Shown here: positions 63,490-64,000 of the stretch, piece after piece
Numbering within the stretch: the stretch's first letter is position 1
Layout: each line of letters starts with the position of its first letter
Virus record (IMG/VR): IMGVR_UViG_3300046170_000524
Direction: 5' to 3' (one strand)
Length of the DNA stretch: 64,000 nucleotides
From: a virus
Notes under the pieces: generated by a model
What the model was told of the DNA's origin: nothing
The model's input: only the letters and a program-made list of their open reading frames with translations
Databases searched by the model: none
Translations under genes and position numbers: made by a program

Positions 63490-63563
63490 AGTCAAGAAAA
63501 ACTTTCAACTATTTTATTGCACAATTTGCTCGCAGGGGGGCCCGAGTTGGATCGGGCAACTTT
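63490..63563 (-). repeat. GGGCCC module copy 8 (74 bp)
   Basis: Near-identical to copies 6 and 7. Confidence 0.9.
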
Positions 63564-63571
63564 TTAGTTGG

Positions 63572-63880
63572 TTAAAACACAAGAAGATCTGGCTCAGCAG
63601 TATTAGAAGCGAACCAGTCGGATGGGTTAATTTCTTGACCATTTAGCACAGGCTCGAATTTGTACTGATAGACGCCCGCGTTAGCTATGCCGTTGACGCG
63701 TTCGCGTGTGGTGGGTGTATTCCATCCCGCAAGCGACCACCTAACAAGCCCGTCAGGATCGCGTTTGACAATTGCGTTACCATGTAGCCAAACGGTTTTG
63801 CCGTCTGTCTCGGTGTTGCCGACTTTTAAAGATGTGCCTTGCTCGAAGGCTGCTTTTATTTGTGCTGTTACTTTTCGCAT
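63572..63880 (-). CDS. conserved phage hypothetical protein
   Basis: MRKVT.QI..AF..G...VGNT..DG..V.LHGNAI...WSLAGWNTPTTRER.NG. Confidence 0.65.
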   Translation of the reverse strand: MRKVTAQIKAAFEQGTSLKVGNTETDGKTVWLHGNAIVKRDPDGLVRWSLAGWNTPTTRERVNGIANAGVYQYKFEPVLNGQEINPSDWFASNTAEPDLLVF

Positions 63881-64000
63881 AATTATTTTGTTTGGTTTTG
63901 TCTTTGTTTGTGAAGGATTGCTTGCAATTGTTTTCTTGCTTCTTGTATTGCGTGCAACGCATCCAAGACGGCTTCGCCTTGCGTGAATGTTTTCATTTCT

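Noticed and set aside
54541-63563. GGGCCC modules as integron attC sites
   Set aside because: Ends read AAAGTT...AACTTT, not RYYYAAC...GTTRRRY; the copies run into promoter -35 boxes and occur in both orientations; no integrase in the window.
61321-63563. Module copies as a CRISPR array
   Set aside because: Spacing is about 1 kb with whole genes between copies; there are no regular 30-40 nt spacers and no cas genes.
147-63986. Other antisense or alternate-frame ORFs in the track (e.g. 8166-8576, 20322-20603, 29453-29683, 57378-57611, 63687-63986)
   Set aside because: Fully overlap better-supported genes and have no promoter or recognisable motif.
1-64000. Stop-codon reassignment (alternative genetic code)
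   Set aside because: Known enzymes are full length in the standard code, and TAA, TAG and TGA all end genes.

Overview
64 kb of an AT-rich, large tailed-phage genome (Caudoviricetes, standard genetic code); no cellular housekeeping context is visible. Layout: tail/virion genes (1-7.1 kb); nucleotide metabolism and recombination genes with a tmRNA (7.1-15 kb); a large glycosyltransferase/sulfotransferase/APS-kinase block, tRNA-Ser and a second sugar block (15-29 kb); uvdE and free-standing endonucleases (29-32 kb); a long run of small early-type ORFs with a frameshifted rIIA, rIIB, two HhH glycosylases and DNA ligase (32-51 kb); a 600 bp AT-rich gap with a G-tract repeat; then short expression units that converge at about 60.8 kb. 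The least explained signals are non-coding. (1) More than 30 sigma70-type promoters place the ATG 6-8 nt after the -10 hexamer, implying leaderless mRNAs. (2) A second motif, GTGTA(A/T)..., lies 14-15 nt before the start codons of tail, glycan and sulfur genes, a candidate phage late promoter. (3) A 74-bp GGGCCCCC-centred module is repeated 8 times at unit boundaries. (4) Two unannotated structured RNAs (about 53.18-53.38 kb and a tRNA-like one at about 59.50-59.60 kb) share a CTTGAGGGT...CCCTC 3' arm. All calls come from reading motifs by eye, with no database searches; coordinates were hand-counted.
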